From Blasia pusilla (lineage: Eukaryota), in NCBI GenBank assembly GCA_050084515.1, contig CM114271.1:8494001-8558000 (forward strand): a stretch of 64,000 nt of DNA. The letters are read 5' to 3'. The position numbers and the translations under genes were made by a program. The stretch's first letter is position 1. Each line of letters begins with the position of its first letter. The notes under the pieces were generated by a model. It did no database searches. It was not told where the DNA came from and saw only the letters and a list, made by a program, of their open reading frames with translations. Below are positions 1 to 12,268 of the stretch, piece after piece.

Positions 1-15
1 CTTTAACACTTACGC

Positions 16-660
16 AACTCGTCGGACTCCGACGAGTTGCTCGATTGATGAATGGGTTAGGTTTTTTTTTGCTGAAAGCAACTCGTCGGAGTCCGACGGG
101 TTGCTCGACTCGACGCTTTTTCGGATGTTTTTTTAAGAATGTAACTCGTCGGACTCCGACGAGTTGTTCGATTGACCACAGATTTAATTAGTTTTTGGCC
201 CAAAGCAAACCGTCGGAGTCCGACGGGTTGCTCGACTCGCCGCCTTGTCAGGATGTTTTTTGAAGAATGCAACTCGTCGGACTTTGACGAGTTGTTCGAC
301 TGACTGCAGATTTAGAATTTTTTTTGCCCAAAGCAACCCGTCGGAGTACGACGGGTTGCTTGCTTCGAAACTTTTTTTGGCCGAAATCAACCCGTCGGAG
401 TCCGACGGGTTGCATTCGGAAGTTGGTTCCCCAAATTTCGCGTCAAATTGCAAGTTTCCATTCAATTGCGCAACCTGTCGGACTCCGATGCGTTGCTATG
501 TTCACGTTAGTATGTTCAGTTGCACAACCCGTCGAAGTCCGACGGGTTGAAACCAGGCATTAGCAAATCTGAACGCAATCCGTCGGACTCCAACGGGTTG
601 CATCATTTAGCTCGTTCCTAGAATCCGACCTTGAGTTGTGACGACTCCGACGGGTTGCAC
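16..660. repeat. Array of about 11 degenerate 25-bp palindromes (CAACYCGTCGGA-N-TCCGACGRGTTG) in intron 2 of copy A
   Basis: Copies start near 16, 79, 143, 207, 269, 334, 388, 471, 525 and 576, mostly spaced 55-65 bp apart. Confidence 0.9.
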
Positions 661-702
661 GAACCCATGTAATTTCCTGACGGGTTGAGTTTGGATGTGC
701 AG

Positions 703-3659
703 GATTGTATCGGAGGGGAATGTCATCCACCACTAGATCCATGACTGCGATCGGGTGAGGAAGATGCTTACGACGCACCTGAGAGAGTATAGGGGGTTCT
801 TGGGCGATGCCCTTGTCAATCAGATGCTTGCAAAGGGTGCTCAGATTAAAAAGAAAACTTGGGCAAATAAGTTTATTTCCCAAGATGCAACTGTAACCAT
901 CCTTTGCTGGTTGAAGATACAGGCCGCGAAGAAGAGCGCTGCACTGGAGCTGGAGCGGAGGGAGAAGGTATTTGCGTCTGAGCGCGCGAAATTCATCCAA
1001 GCTGTAGTATCTGCAGCAACAAAATATACGGCGAGCAAGATGCAGCGATACATCAGCATTCTCAACCCCGAACTTGGTCCGGAGTCCTACAAGGAGCTGA
1101 AGGCGATTATCAAGCGCCAGCGGAAAAGGGATGAAGATCCGCATGGTCGGATTGGGGAGAAAGTGTCCTTGGATCGCGTGCATCGGTTTGCGTTGTTCGG
1201 CATAAGCGAAGAGGATCTGACTGATGAAAATCAGTCTCGAGGGCACAAAGGCCCAGAAGAGGGCGGCACACCATCCTCCGGGTGTGTCCAATCCAGTGAT
1301 CTCCCACTGGCTACGCGAATGGTCGTTCTGGGACGCGTTGCGGGTTATCGGGAAGTCCGTGCTGGACGGTCTACAAGCGGAGCTCAGAAGATTAGAGCCC
1401 ATCCCGGATGAAGCAAACCTTGAAAGTTCTGGAGATTTCGAGGTTTGGCTCGACGACATCCGGACAAGCCAACCAAAACCCAGGATTCAAGACAATGTTC
1501 AAGGTTTGCGTCCTCCCTCAGCGAGCTTGACGAAGAAGTAGAGGGGAACAAACGGGATCAAGCAAAGAAGAAGCGAGATCTGAGCAGACGGCCGATGCGT
1601 TCGACTAAAAGCGCCCAACGGATGGTCTTGGTACCTCGTCCGTGTAAGAATGCAGTGCGTGGGGAAAATTACCGGCAGCCTTGAAATTGTGGGCTTCGCC
1701 GCCCAATGCAGAGACATTCTCCATGTACGACATGGAGATGGGGCAGCACATGTCCGATTGATAGATGGAGAATTTCCCCATTTGGCTCGACTTCAACGAC
1801 CCTGAAGACATCACTGATAAGGATTTACGAGTGCTTCATGATGCAGTGGCCTCAGGACAAGACGACATCCCCAATTTCGTGCAGCTTGAAGACTTCTTCG
1901 GAGGAGATGCAGAAGAGCAGGCCCACGAGACAGCTGAGTTGGCTTCCAAGGTCCGCACAACCAAAGACAAATCCACAGCGGGTCTCAAAGGCAACGCGAG
2001 GGGAGGGAAAAATTCAGAGGCCGAGTCTTCCCAAAGAGAGGCTGAAGATTCAAGGCCAGAGGCGGAATCTTCCGGGCAAGCGGGGAGAGAGGGTCGGACC
2101 ACGTCCTCGGCGAAAAAAACCCCACGAGAGTCTGAGGTCAAAGAGACCCTGACAAGCCGTCCGCAGACTCGGGAGAAGCGGAAGCGAGAGGTGCCAGGGT
2201 TGTCCCAAGGAGAATACAGTCCATCATCCTTGGGAAGACACAGACAAACAACGACCCGGACAAGCGTCCTCCTTCAGTTTCTCTCCTTTATTGGATGAGC
2301 TGAAGAGCTTCAGTTCTCAAGCGTCGATACCAGCCATCGATAAATTGACAACGCTGGGACGGAAGCTCCAACGAAACGGGCACGCTGCCTGGACGGTGAA
2401 CGGAGTGGTCAAAGAGGTTGCGGTGGATCTCTTGATCGCTAATCTGCCCTCGGGGTTGCGACTTTGGGGCGAGAATCCGTCGGACGAGGTACCTGAGTGG
2501 AATGTGCCGCTCTCTTATGACCCCATTGCGCTATTGTTCTCCTTTGCAGACGCCTATCTGAGTGAGAGGGGCTGCTTCTTGGTGTTGACTGGAGGGAGCG
2601 AGGACAAGCTCTTCAACCTCCAATGCGTCAAGAGGTCACTAAAGTGGAGGACGGCGCAATCGTGGATCATAAAAAATGAGTACCCACTCCGATCCGCGAC
2701 GAGTCAGATTCGGGTAAGGCTCAATTCCTGTACTATAATCTCAATTATATTTTAAAGATGCATATAATGAGTGTTCATCTCCGTTGAGTGAGTATAATGA
2801 GTGTCAATCTCCATTTTTTTTGTCCGTGAGCAACCCGTCGGAAGGCGACGGGTTGTTGGCTTACAACAGCCCATGCTCGGCTGAGAGCAACCCATCGGTT
2901 TCCGACGGGTTGCATCTTTCCCACATACACAGGGAAAACCGTGGTGTACCTGCAACCCGTCGGAACCTGACGGGTTGCAGTTGCTTTTGGTTTTTCCCTC
3001 TGTTTCCGGAAAGCTGCAACCCGTCGGAAGGCGACGGGTTGGTCCAGGATAAAACAACCCGTCGGACTCTGACATGTTGATCCAAAGTTAGTAATTGAAA
3101 ATGTTCTCAAGCCGACTTCTTTAGTTGCTGACATTGTTTCCAACGTGCTTATTTCTGAGATGGACCACTCCTCGTGTCTTTGGCCGTTCGCCCGAGCACA
3201 ATTTCGGTGTTCAAGATCCAGGATCCTGTGGATCCATGCTCGATGGGTACACTTAGATAGTTTGTACAATTCCCCGGAATTTACATGCAAAAACGATACC
3301 CTTCGGGAGGAAGGGAAAAGTCGCCAGCCCTGATGCAAACGCTCATCGAGCTCTGCTCAAGGCCAGGTGACTTGATGTTCGACTTAGTGGGACTTTCAGG
3401 GGCAAGTATCAAAGGCGCCTGGCAGAGTGGCAGGAACATTCTCTGCCTCGAGGGAAGGCAGGAACTGTTTGACCTTTGCAAGGAGGCAAAGGAAGAATAC
3501 GAAAGGCTCGTTGGGGCGTACAACTCTCCACCGAAGCCGAGAGCTCCGGTTCCAGACCCACCCTTGGTAGTGACTCCATTGTCACTTCCAACGATTCCAA
3601 AAATCGGGAGGGCAAGGCCAAAAGTAAATTTGCAAGAGCTCTCGGACGATGACGAGTGA
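703..3659 (+). pseudogene. Exons 3-4 of the ParB/amino-methyltransferase-like gene, copy A
   Basis: Acceptor TGCAG|G at 702/703, donor CGG|GTAAG at 2713/2714, acceptor GAG|ATG at 3159/3160. Motifs VDLLIANLPSG (about 2420-2455) and EKSPALMQTLIELCSRPGDLMFDLVGLSGASIKGAWQSGRNILCLE (about 3315-3450). Contains frameshifts and stops. Confidence 0.75.
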
Positions 3660-5272
3660 GTTCAAAGAACTCAACGACCCAGCTTGACTGCAGCGTTTGG
3701 AGTAGGGAGTTTTTTGATGATGAGGCAAAAGATTTCATAGAATAGATCAAATATACAGATTCGAGCTTTTTTCGGATGATATAAAGGAGAAGATTTTTTC
3801 GAACGATGGTGGTGCTTATAAAAGTTTGCTGAACATTTTTTGTCTTTTCGAATGTGATCGTCTATGAACTCCGCGGACTTCTATTTTGCAACCCATCGGA
3901 TTTCTCCTGCTTGCAACTTTTCACTTTTTGACCACTGCAACCCGTCGGATTTCTCCTACTTGCAACTTTTCACTTTTTGACCACTGCACCTTTTTACCAC
4001 TTCCAGGCAACCTGTCGGATTTCGACAGGTTGCCTGATCGGACTCTTTCTCTGTTGGTCCAACTTAAGAGGCAGTCTGGCGGGATTTTTCCCTTGGCACC
4101 TTCCCCTCGACCGTTATGGTGTACCTAGGGGGGGGCCAAGGCTCTCGAATTCACCAACATTTTCGATCCCCGTCTACAATCGGCCAGAGGAGCCACTTGT
4201 ATCCCAGGACATTCCTTTGGTACTGTCACCGAGGAGAGTTAGGAGTAAATTTGTAGATGATGAGGCTGAAGAAATCATAGACTAGGGCAAATGTACATTT
4301 CCGAGGTTCCTTCGGAGGTAATAAAGCACAAGATTTTTTCAACCCATAATGGTGTTTGTAAAAGTTTGCTAGAATATTTTTTTGGACTTGTGGATTGTGT
4401 TCTTTTAGCTACTCAGAATTACAATTCTGCAACCCGTATGATTCCGACGGGTTGCAACTTTTTGCTTTTTTGCCCATCGCAACTTTTTAACCATTTCAGG
4501 CAAGTGCCGGTTCGCGGAGTTCATTGCTTGAGTGATCGGACTCTTTCCTTGTGAGACCAACTTCTGACGCATTGTGGCGGGCTTCTTAACTTTTGGCTCG
4601 TTCCGCTACATTCGTAAAACCAGTTGTAGGCTTCTTTTCTTGTCTAAGATGCAGGATTCCTACTACCGTCGGATTGCCATTTCGGATTTCCAACTTTGTT
4701 AGATTGTCGTGGGTGCGGGGTGGAAGAAAATCACTTCTAAAAATCTTTCCTTTCTTATGGTGAGCTTTCTTATGGGTTGGGAGGGGTGCGGCTTCTCGGT
4801 TTCTCGACCTTAGGATCGATGTGTTTTCATTTCACAAAGTTGGTCTTGAGCAGACACCATTCATAACCAACAAAAAGTTGGTTATGGGGCAATTTAGGGA
4901 GGCCATGATGATGAGCAACAATCCTGCAAAAGAGAGGTTGGCATCCGGGTGGTCCTCCAAAAAAATACCAAAGTCTTGCTTTTTGTTGACCGAGACAGGG
5001 AATGTTAAGAAACTTAGGCTCACATTGAGAGTGATGGAAAAATGTTTGTAGTGGTCTTATGATGTCTCCTTTTTTTCCCTTGAGGAAAGAGGAGGTTTTT
5101 TTAGGGCCAAATGTGGACCACTAAATACTCTCTTCTAAAGATTTCCTGAATTTGAAAGCAAACAAAAATTTCAAATATGTCAAAAAGTTTTGAAGAGAGG
5201 AGGCGGATTTGGCCCTTTTTTTTTAAGAGAGACTCTCCTCTCTTACTCTCTCATGCCAGAATACCAGCCCCC

Positions 5273-5590
5273 GTTGTTCTTGGTACTACTCTTGGTGTTT
5301 TTGCTCCACATAGTTTTGTTGCTATAAGGCTCTTGTTCTCATATCTGCCTTCTTCTTGAAGCAAAGCTTTGCATAGTGATCCTTTATCCCACAGTAATTA
5401 CAAGATCCAGAAACCCTCTGTTGCTGACCTCGACCCCAACGATTTCCACCATCACTACCTTGTGATTGTGTCTGGTACTAGTTTGTAGTTGAGTGAGTGA
5501 CGTTATATTGAGTGCCTCTTCCTCCATATGCTTGATATCCACCATGACCATAGAAGTTTCTGCCATAACCCCTGCCTCAGTTTGATCCAT
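5273..5590 (-). mobile_element. Ty1/copia gag fragment (zinc-knuckle region), target of MULE copy A
   Basis: Reverse-complement match to about 7150-7470 of the downstream copia element. Confidence 0.8.
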
Positions 5591-5596
5591 CAATTG

Positions 5597-5690
5597 AGGT
5601 ACGTAAAGCATGCTAACAAGAGCAAGCGCCAAGTGAGATTCCAAGTGGGGGAACAAGTGTGGTTGAGTGTGAAGAATCTCACTCTTTCGA
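5597..5690 (+). mobile_element. Short fragment of chromovirus-type gypsy integrase C-terminal region
   Basis: RYVKHANKSKRQVRFQVGEQVWLSVKNLTL is nearly identical to the reverse complement of about 59775-59865. Confidence 0.8.
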
Positions 5691-5710
5691 CGAAGACCAT
5701 ATATGATTAA

Positions 5711-6023
5711 TATTGAAGATTCAGTTACAGCCAAGCTCATCATACACATGAACTGCTACATTTGGTACTCACACGAAGTAGGGAAACTTAATCTTGGTTA
5801 GTTATTTATGTGCAATTATCTTAACTAAGGTTAGTTAATCACAGTTAGTCTAACTTCAGACTATGGTTAAGATTAGGGTTAGGTTTTCTTATAGATACCC
5901 TATATAATTGAGAAGGGGACCAGCCTCCACTCATTCTCTCATTGCAAAATTTCATTCTCCATGGTGGTGTGTGAGTGTGAGAGCCGTTTCCCACTAGTTA
6001 TGCTTCTTTAGCAATTTTCTACA
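5711..6023 (+). repeat. Ty1/copia 5' LTR (about 313 bp)
   Basis: Runs TATTGAAG...CTACA, is followed immediately by a PBS, and is homologous to the solo LTR at 15764-16075. Confidence 0.85.
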
Positions 6024-6035
6024 TGGTATTAGAGC
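6024..6035 (+). promoter_or_regulatory. Primer-binding site, tRNA-iMet type (TGGTATTAGAGC, one mismatch to TGGTATCAGAGC)
   Basis: Directly follows the LTR-terminal CA. Confidence 0.85.
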
Positions 6036-6540
6036 GATAGGAGAACATCACTTGAAAATTTTGGTGTTTGAGGAGATAAGAGAGGCAAGAGAAGGAAAAT
6101 TTTCAGTTTGGGAGAAGGAAATTTCTTTCAGAGCTCAGTGGGTGCAGATTTCAGGTGGAGCTTTAACGATGATAAAACTTTGGAGGCTTTTTTGAGGCTT
6201 TCCCGGTCAATTTAGCCATCTGGATCCGCATTAGTTAGAACGATGCCAAAGAGTAGCTCTAGCGGTCTAGTAGAGCTTGTGGAGAGCTTTCTAACGCATC
6301 CAAAATTGCTAGATTATGACATTCTGAGCTACCGCAGTAGCAATTTCAGTGTAGGAAAGTGCAATTAGTGAAAAAAAAAGTTGTGGAATTTGCTTTTTAC
6401 AAGCCAATTTCGATGAGTTCTTTCATATAGTTGATCAATTTTGGAAAATTTCATGTTGATTTCTATTTAGGAGTGGTCTATGCTTCAATTGGAGCAGTGG
6501 GGAGTCTGAAGTTATATTTTTGTGAGTGAAATCGTTCGTC

Positions 6541-8974
6541 ATGGAGTATTCCTCAATAGCAATCACAAGAGAAGCTAGATAAGAAAAATTACAATGTCTC
6601 GAAGTTTCACATGAAACAATTTCTTATGGGTCAAGAAATATGGGAGCTTCTCACAAGTGATGAGGCCAAGCAAGAAGGTGAGTCAACAGACTTGAATGTT
6701 TACGCTTGGAACAAACGCGCAAGGCAAGTAATCCACTACATTTCAATAATGATCAGTTCGCCAATGATATGTCAAATTCAAGATGTTGATATTTCGAAGG
6801 AGGCTTGGGATGTATTGGAAAAGTTGTTCCAGACATCTACAAAGGCTATAAATTTTTAATTGAAACAACAATGGAATGAAGTGAGGAAAAGATCGTAGAG
6901 CATCAATGATTTGAATATGAGACATATTGTTGATCAATTGAATAGCATTGGAGTGAGAATAGAAGATGATGATCTGATTTTGTTCACTCTTCAAGGCCTT
7001 CCAACGGATTATAACTCCTTCAAAACCTCTTTCTCTCTGAGAGAGAAGTATCAAACCTGTCAAGAGTTTGTCCCATTGTTAATCAGTGAAAAGATGTGCC
7101 TGGTAGGTAGGAGTAGCTCGTCTAGTCTACGAGAGAGTGCATTATTTCCAAGTAATGGATCAAACAAAGGCAGGGGTCGAGGTAGCAGCTTTCTTGATCT
7201 TTGTAGATATCAAACATATGGAGGAAGAGGCACTCTATATAATGTCACTTAATCAACTACGAATCGATACCAGACACAATCACAAGGTGGTGATGGTGGA
7301 AACCATAAGGATCGAGGTCAGCAACAGAGGGTCTATGAATCTTACAATTATTGTGGGATAAAGGGTCACTATGCAAAGTTTTGCTTCAAGAAGAAGGCAG
7401 ATATGAGAACTAGAGCCTTACAGCAACAAACTATGTGGAGCAACTACACCAAGGGCAATACCAAGAACAACAACATTCACAAACTGAGCACCTCTTGGTC
7501 ATTACTCATCATATGGGAGCAATGGTCAAGAAAGACTCAACAGTAGATTGGTAAATTGACTTTGGTGCATCAAATCATATGGCATTGAGATCTAAACGGT
7601 TCAGTAGTATGGATCCGGTGAAAGATCTTGTAATTTTGCTCATAGGAGATGACACTTAGTATCATATGACGCATATTGGTAAAGTTCCAATGGCATCAAA
7701 TGATCTTTGTACTATAGGAAATGTTCTCTATGTTCCTACTATTGCAAGAAACTTGATCTCTGTAGGACAGATAGTAGAACAGGGTTATCAAGTGAAGTTT
7801 AACACAGATGGTTCTTTCATTGGAACAATGGATGACCATACTACGATCGCCAAAGGAACTAGATCTGGCAAAATGTTCAAATAAGATGTTTCTATGCTAG
7901 AGATTCAAACAATAATGTATGGTCAAATTGACCAACAAGTCACACATCTAAATGTGTGGCATAAGAGAATTGGACATATGAATCTTCAAATATTACAGAG
8001 TCTTTCATCATCTAATATACTAATAGGACTTCCTAAACTATCGAGTCCTCCTATGTTAGAGTTATGCCTTGCTTGCCAATTTGGAAAACAAGCTAGATTT
8101 CCATTTCCAAAGCAAGATAGAAGAGCATCCAAGATATTGGAGTTCATTCAGAGTGATGCGTGGACAACATCACAACATAGCCTCAGTGGTTTCCAATACT
8201 TTGTTTCATTTATTGATGACTTTTCTAGGTATATATGGGTATGCTTTCTGAAAGCCAAGTCAGAGGTATTCTCAATTTTCCAAACATTGAGAGTTCTAGT
8301 AGAGAAGCAAAGTGGAGAACACATTCTAAAATTGCATTGTGATGGAGGAGGAGAATATCTTTCAACAGATTTTGATGACGACTTACGTCAGAATGCCATT
8401 ACACTCCACAAAAAAATAGAGTGGTTGAGAGGAAGAATCAACATATTATTGAGGCGGCATGAGCTATGTTGAATGAGAAGAACATGCCTAAGGTGTATTG
8501 GGCAGAGGTTGTAGTATGTGCAGTCTTCTTACAAACCAAACTCTAACATCAAGAGTTCATGATAAGACTCCATTTGAAGTCATCATAAGAAGTAAACCTG
8601 ATTTTTCCTTCTTGAAAGTATTTGGTTGTATTTGTTATGCTCATGTTCTTTCTGAAAGACGTCAGAAATTAAACCCCAGATCTGAAAGATGTATATTCAT
8701 TGGCTACAGTGATGGAACTAAGGGATATAAGTGCTATATTCCATCCTCAAGGCAGCTAATTATTAGTCGTGATGTTATCTTTAATGAGCTAAAGTCATGG
8801 TATGCTCCATCTGAGCCTATTCCACCTCTAAACTCATCTATTGAGGGGAAGAATATGATTGTAAAAAAACAAACATTGCCTACAAATTCCCCAAGTACAA
8901 GTGCAGGATTAGGAGAGGTCCTAGATTCATCAATTAGATCTGTGAGTCCATGGATGGGAAGCGTATGTATTTAG
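6541..8974 (+). pseudogene. Ty1/copia gag-protease-integrase, degenerate and truncated before RT
   Basis: UBN2-like gag (KEAWDVLEKLF; LQGLPTDY), knuckle YCGIKGHYAKFC, protease IDFGASNHM, WHKRIGH, CLACQFGKQ, integrase FIDDFSRY and DGGGEY, then KVFGCICY...GYKCY. Copia domain order. Confidence 0.9.
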
Positions 8975-9061
8975 TTTGTTGACTCTAGTCAAAGCTCAAG
9001 TAAGGTGTCAGAGGCATCTACCTTTGAACAATAACTTTGTAGATCAAGTAGAGTCAATTGG

Positions 9062-10564
9062 TCTTTCCTCTTCCCCATTCTCGCAACCCGTATGAATCCG
9101 AGAGGTTGCAACTTGCATAGAATTAGACAAACTGAAAAATCTTTGGAATCAAACTTGTTGAACAAATCCCTTTATCCATCTAGGATATGAAAAAGATTCA
9201 TTATTTCTGCTCAGCTGATTAGAGTTCAAGCTCCTAGTGAACATTCTGGCCCTGCAAAGTACATTCTAACCCCTTCTGTTGCATCCTTAGAGTGGTTTGT
9301 TCAAGATAATTTGCACTTCTTTGAGGGAAAAAATTGGTTGGTGGATTCCTACTCCTACTTCCGACTCTCTTAAAAGTACAAGCAATACATAATACATCTG
9401 CTTACAAGGGAAATACCTTTTCCCAATTGTCTCTCTTTGGACAAATTCATTAAAGGAACATGTGGGAAAGCAACACATCTGTACCACACACACCCTTGCC
9501 ACACTTGAATTCAAAATATTGTTCCTAACCCAATACATCCTTCCTATTCCTTTGCCACTATGAAGATCTTTTGTAGCGATGATTTCCATGTTGGTCTCCC
9601 AAGCTGATGCGATTTGCTTTGCTCTCTCCATCGTTTGCCTACACATTATATTTCTCCTCACCCCATTTCTAGACTCAAACAAAAATAGTGGAGTGAGATC
9701 ATCCATCTTCTCTAGATACATGTTGACATCAATTTTGGGTTGGATCCGAAATGCGAAGGTCTTTGTAATGTGAACATGCTCCAAACTCCCTCCGTCTACG
9801 AGTCTAAAACGAGATAATTGTAAGATTGTCCACTTCCTCTTGAGTGCAATTAGTACCTATAGCAACGAGCCAAATCATGGGGATATTCCTTGGACCTCTA
9901 ATGGCAGTCAAATAAGACTTTTAGAAAGCGCATGATTCATTTATGTAGAAGAAGTACTTCAACTGATCTCCGGTTCTGGTAAAAAGATCAAAGGTTTTCA
10001 GCCCCCATAAGCCAAGTAGTGATCGTCAAGTCCTTGTAGAGTTCTTATTCAAGAAAGTGCCACATGCTCTTCTAATACCATCAGATCCTGCCTAGTCCAG
10101 GGATTGCTTCAAGAAATATGCCACCTCTCGAGGTTACAATCAACCTCAATGACCAAAATCCCATATTGTTGAACTTCCCTTGAGACTGTATGTTGGGAAG
10201 TTCCAACAACAGAGGAATTTTGAAATAAAACATTCAATAAGTAGGCAGAAGTTACTTCAACTCAAATTTGGGAGCAATCTGGTGTCTCCAAATACCTGGG
10301 TGCGGTAATTTCATCATCCAAATCAATCACTGGATTCTTTCCTCGATGTTGACACTTGACTTCCCCGAAGTCAATATACTTATATGGCCTCCAAGAGTTG
10401 TGCTCATAATGCTCTACCACCATCTGTATAGGATGTCTCAAAACACGCCCATGAATGTCCCCACCAATATGGACATCGTTCTCGAGAGGAGTTTTGGCTA
10501 CGCACCGATTGAAGGCTTCCACATACAATTTCTCATCCCCAAATCTCACAACGGCTCTAACATA
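9062..10564 (-). mobile_element. Older, diverged MULE copy D: 3' part of transposase including SWIM finger plus subterminal region
   Basis: ORF 9287-9784 (CFPTCS...FPCKQMYYV...ILNKPL*) and about 9950-10564 are homologous to 40150-41430 of copy B. Confidence 0.85.
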
Positions 10565-11149
10565 GGGGGCTGGTATTCTAGCAGGGGAGAGGAAGAGAGG
10601 AGAGTCTCTCTTCAAAAAAAAGGGCAGAATGAATTGACCAATAAGTAGCAATTTCATCTCAATGAAAGGTTCAAATAAAGACTCTAACTATGGTCCCAAT
10701 AGACTCATGTGCCCTTCAAGGTTTAACTTCTCTGAAGATGTGGTTGACATTATGGATTTTTGACTCTCCTCGCAAAAGGCATTAAATATCCCATCCGATC
10801 AATACTCATCCATGAGGGGGTTTTCCACAACAGAACAAATCACTCATCATTGATGGTAGCCAAAGACTTTCATGACATCATTGGATGATGTTGGCTCATG
10901 AATGGGTGCATAAAGTATACCATGGACTGTTGTGCGTTTGACAACTTAGTTTCACCATTCTCTCAGCCACTGAGAAATATATGCATCAAGAAGAAAATAT
11001 GACCAGACTGAGACGAAAATTGAACGAAAAGGCTCATAGTTGTCAAGAGTAAAGAGGAACCAATGCACCCATGTCCCTTCATTCAGACCCTGAATGTCAG
11101 AATCCGATAGGTTGCACCCCTTCCAACCCATCGAAATCCGACAAGTTGT

Positions 11150-11730
11150 AACTCTTGCAACCCGTCAGAATCCGATGGGTTGTACCCCTTGCAAGCAAGC
11201 ACACCACAACAAAAGAAAGATCTTGACAAGTGATTCCATTTCGCCCCGCATCCCATGAGAATTCGAGAGGTTGGGAATCCGATATGAGAATCCAACAGGT
11301 AGCAGGAATCCAATACGTCTCTGAAATATTGTGTTAGAGAAGAATGGTGTGACAATAATGGGGGAATGCGGAAAAAATGAAGAAGCCTGCTAGAATTCCC
11401 TAAAAAGTTGGACTAATAGGAAAAGAGTGGGATCACTCAAGCCGCCAACCTGTCGGAATCTGATGGGTTGCACCCCTTGCAAGCAAGCACACCACAACAA
11501 AAGAAGGATCTTGACAAGTTATTTCATTTTGCCCTACATCCCATGAGAATCCAACAGGTAGAAGGAATCCAACACGTCTCTGAAATACCGTGTTAGAGAA
11601 GAATGGTGTGACGATAATGGGGGAACGCGGAAAAAGTGAAAAAGCCTGCCAGAATGTTTGAAAAGTTGGACTAACAGGAAAAGAGTGGGATCACTCAAGC
11701 AGCCAACCTGTCGGAATCCGACAAGTTGCC
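11150..11730. repeat. Tandem duplication of about 290 bp containing palindromes
   Basis: GATGGGTTG(T/C)ACCCCTTGCAAGCAAGCACACC...GAAAAGAGTGGGATCACTCAAGC occurs twice, near 11174 and 11462. Confidence 0.8.
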
Positions 11731-12268
11731 TGAAAGGGGTTTAAAATATTGTGACAAGTTGCAACCCGTCGGAATCCGACTAGTTGCAAAAAAAGAGCCT
11801 CGAGTAGATAGACCAAAACAATCGACAAGAACAAAAAACAATTTAGAATTTTTTTACAAAAACCATCATGGTTCAAAAACTTCTTGTCCTTTATTACATT
11901 CGAGGGAAGCTTGGAAATGTACATTTGATCTAGTCTATGATTTCTTCAACCTTGTCATTTACAAATTTACTCCTAACTCTCCTAGGTTCTTGTACAAAAA
12001 GAATGTCTTGGGATATAAGTGGCTCCTCTGGTCGATTGTAGATGGGGATCGTAAATGTCGAGGAATTAAAGAGCCTTGGCCTTCCCGTAGGTACACCATA
12101 ACGGTCCCATGTAACATGATTTGAGTCCCAACGCCTTCCTCGACAATAAATCTTGTATGCTCTTCAAGGTGACACCCATCGAGTATCAATATGTGCTTCA
12201 TCCTTGGAAAGCATTAAATCCCTACTCCAAAATGCTTCAGTCAAGCTGGGTCCAATAAATCTTTGAAC

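Larger units (their letters stand above)
1..5272 (-). mobile_element. Mutator-like element copy A (partial, runs off window start; inverted relative to copies B/C)
   Basis: Reverse complement of copies B/C from intron 2 of the ParB-MTase gene to the terminus. Ends ...GCCAGAATACCAGCCCCC at 5272, the reverse complement of the GGGGGCTGGTATTCT terminus, and abuts copia sequence. Confidence 0.9.

Noticed and set aside
560-1459. 299-aa minus-strand ORF
   Set aside because: It is the antisense shadow of exon 3 running into the palindrome intron, with no recognisable motifs.
703-3659. Bacterial contamination or a restriction-modification operon
   Set aside because: The gene has GT-AG introns and lies in a TSD-flanked element nested in plant LTR retrotransposons; no restriction enzyme is seen.
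4821-5359. Short ORFs in the terminal region
   Set aside because: Frames are not conserved between copies, and some run across element junctions.
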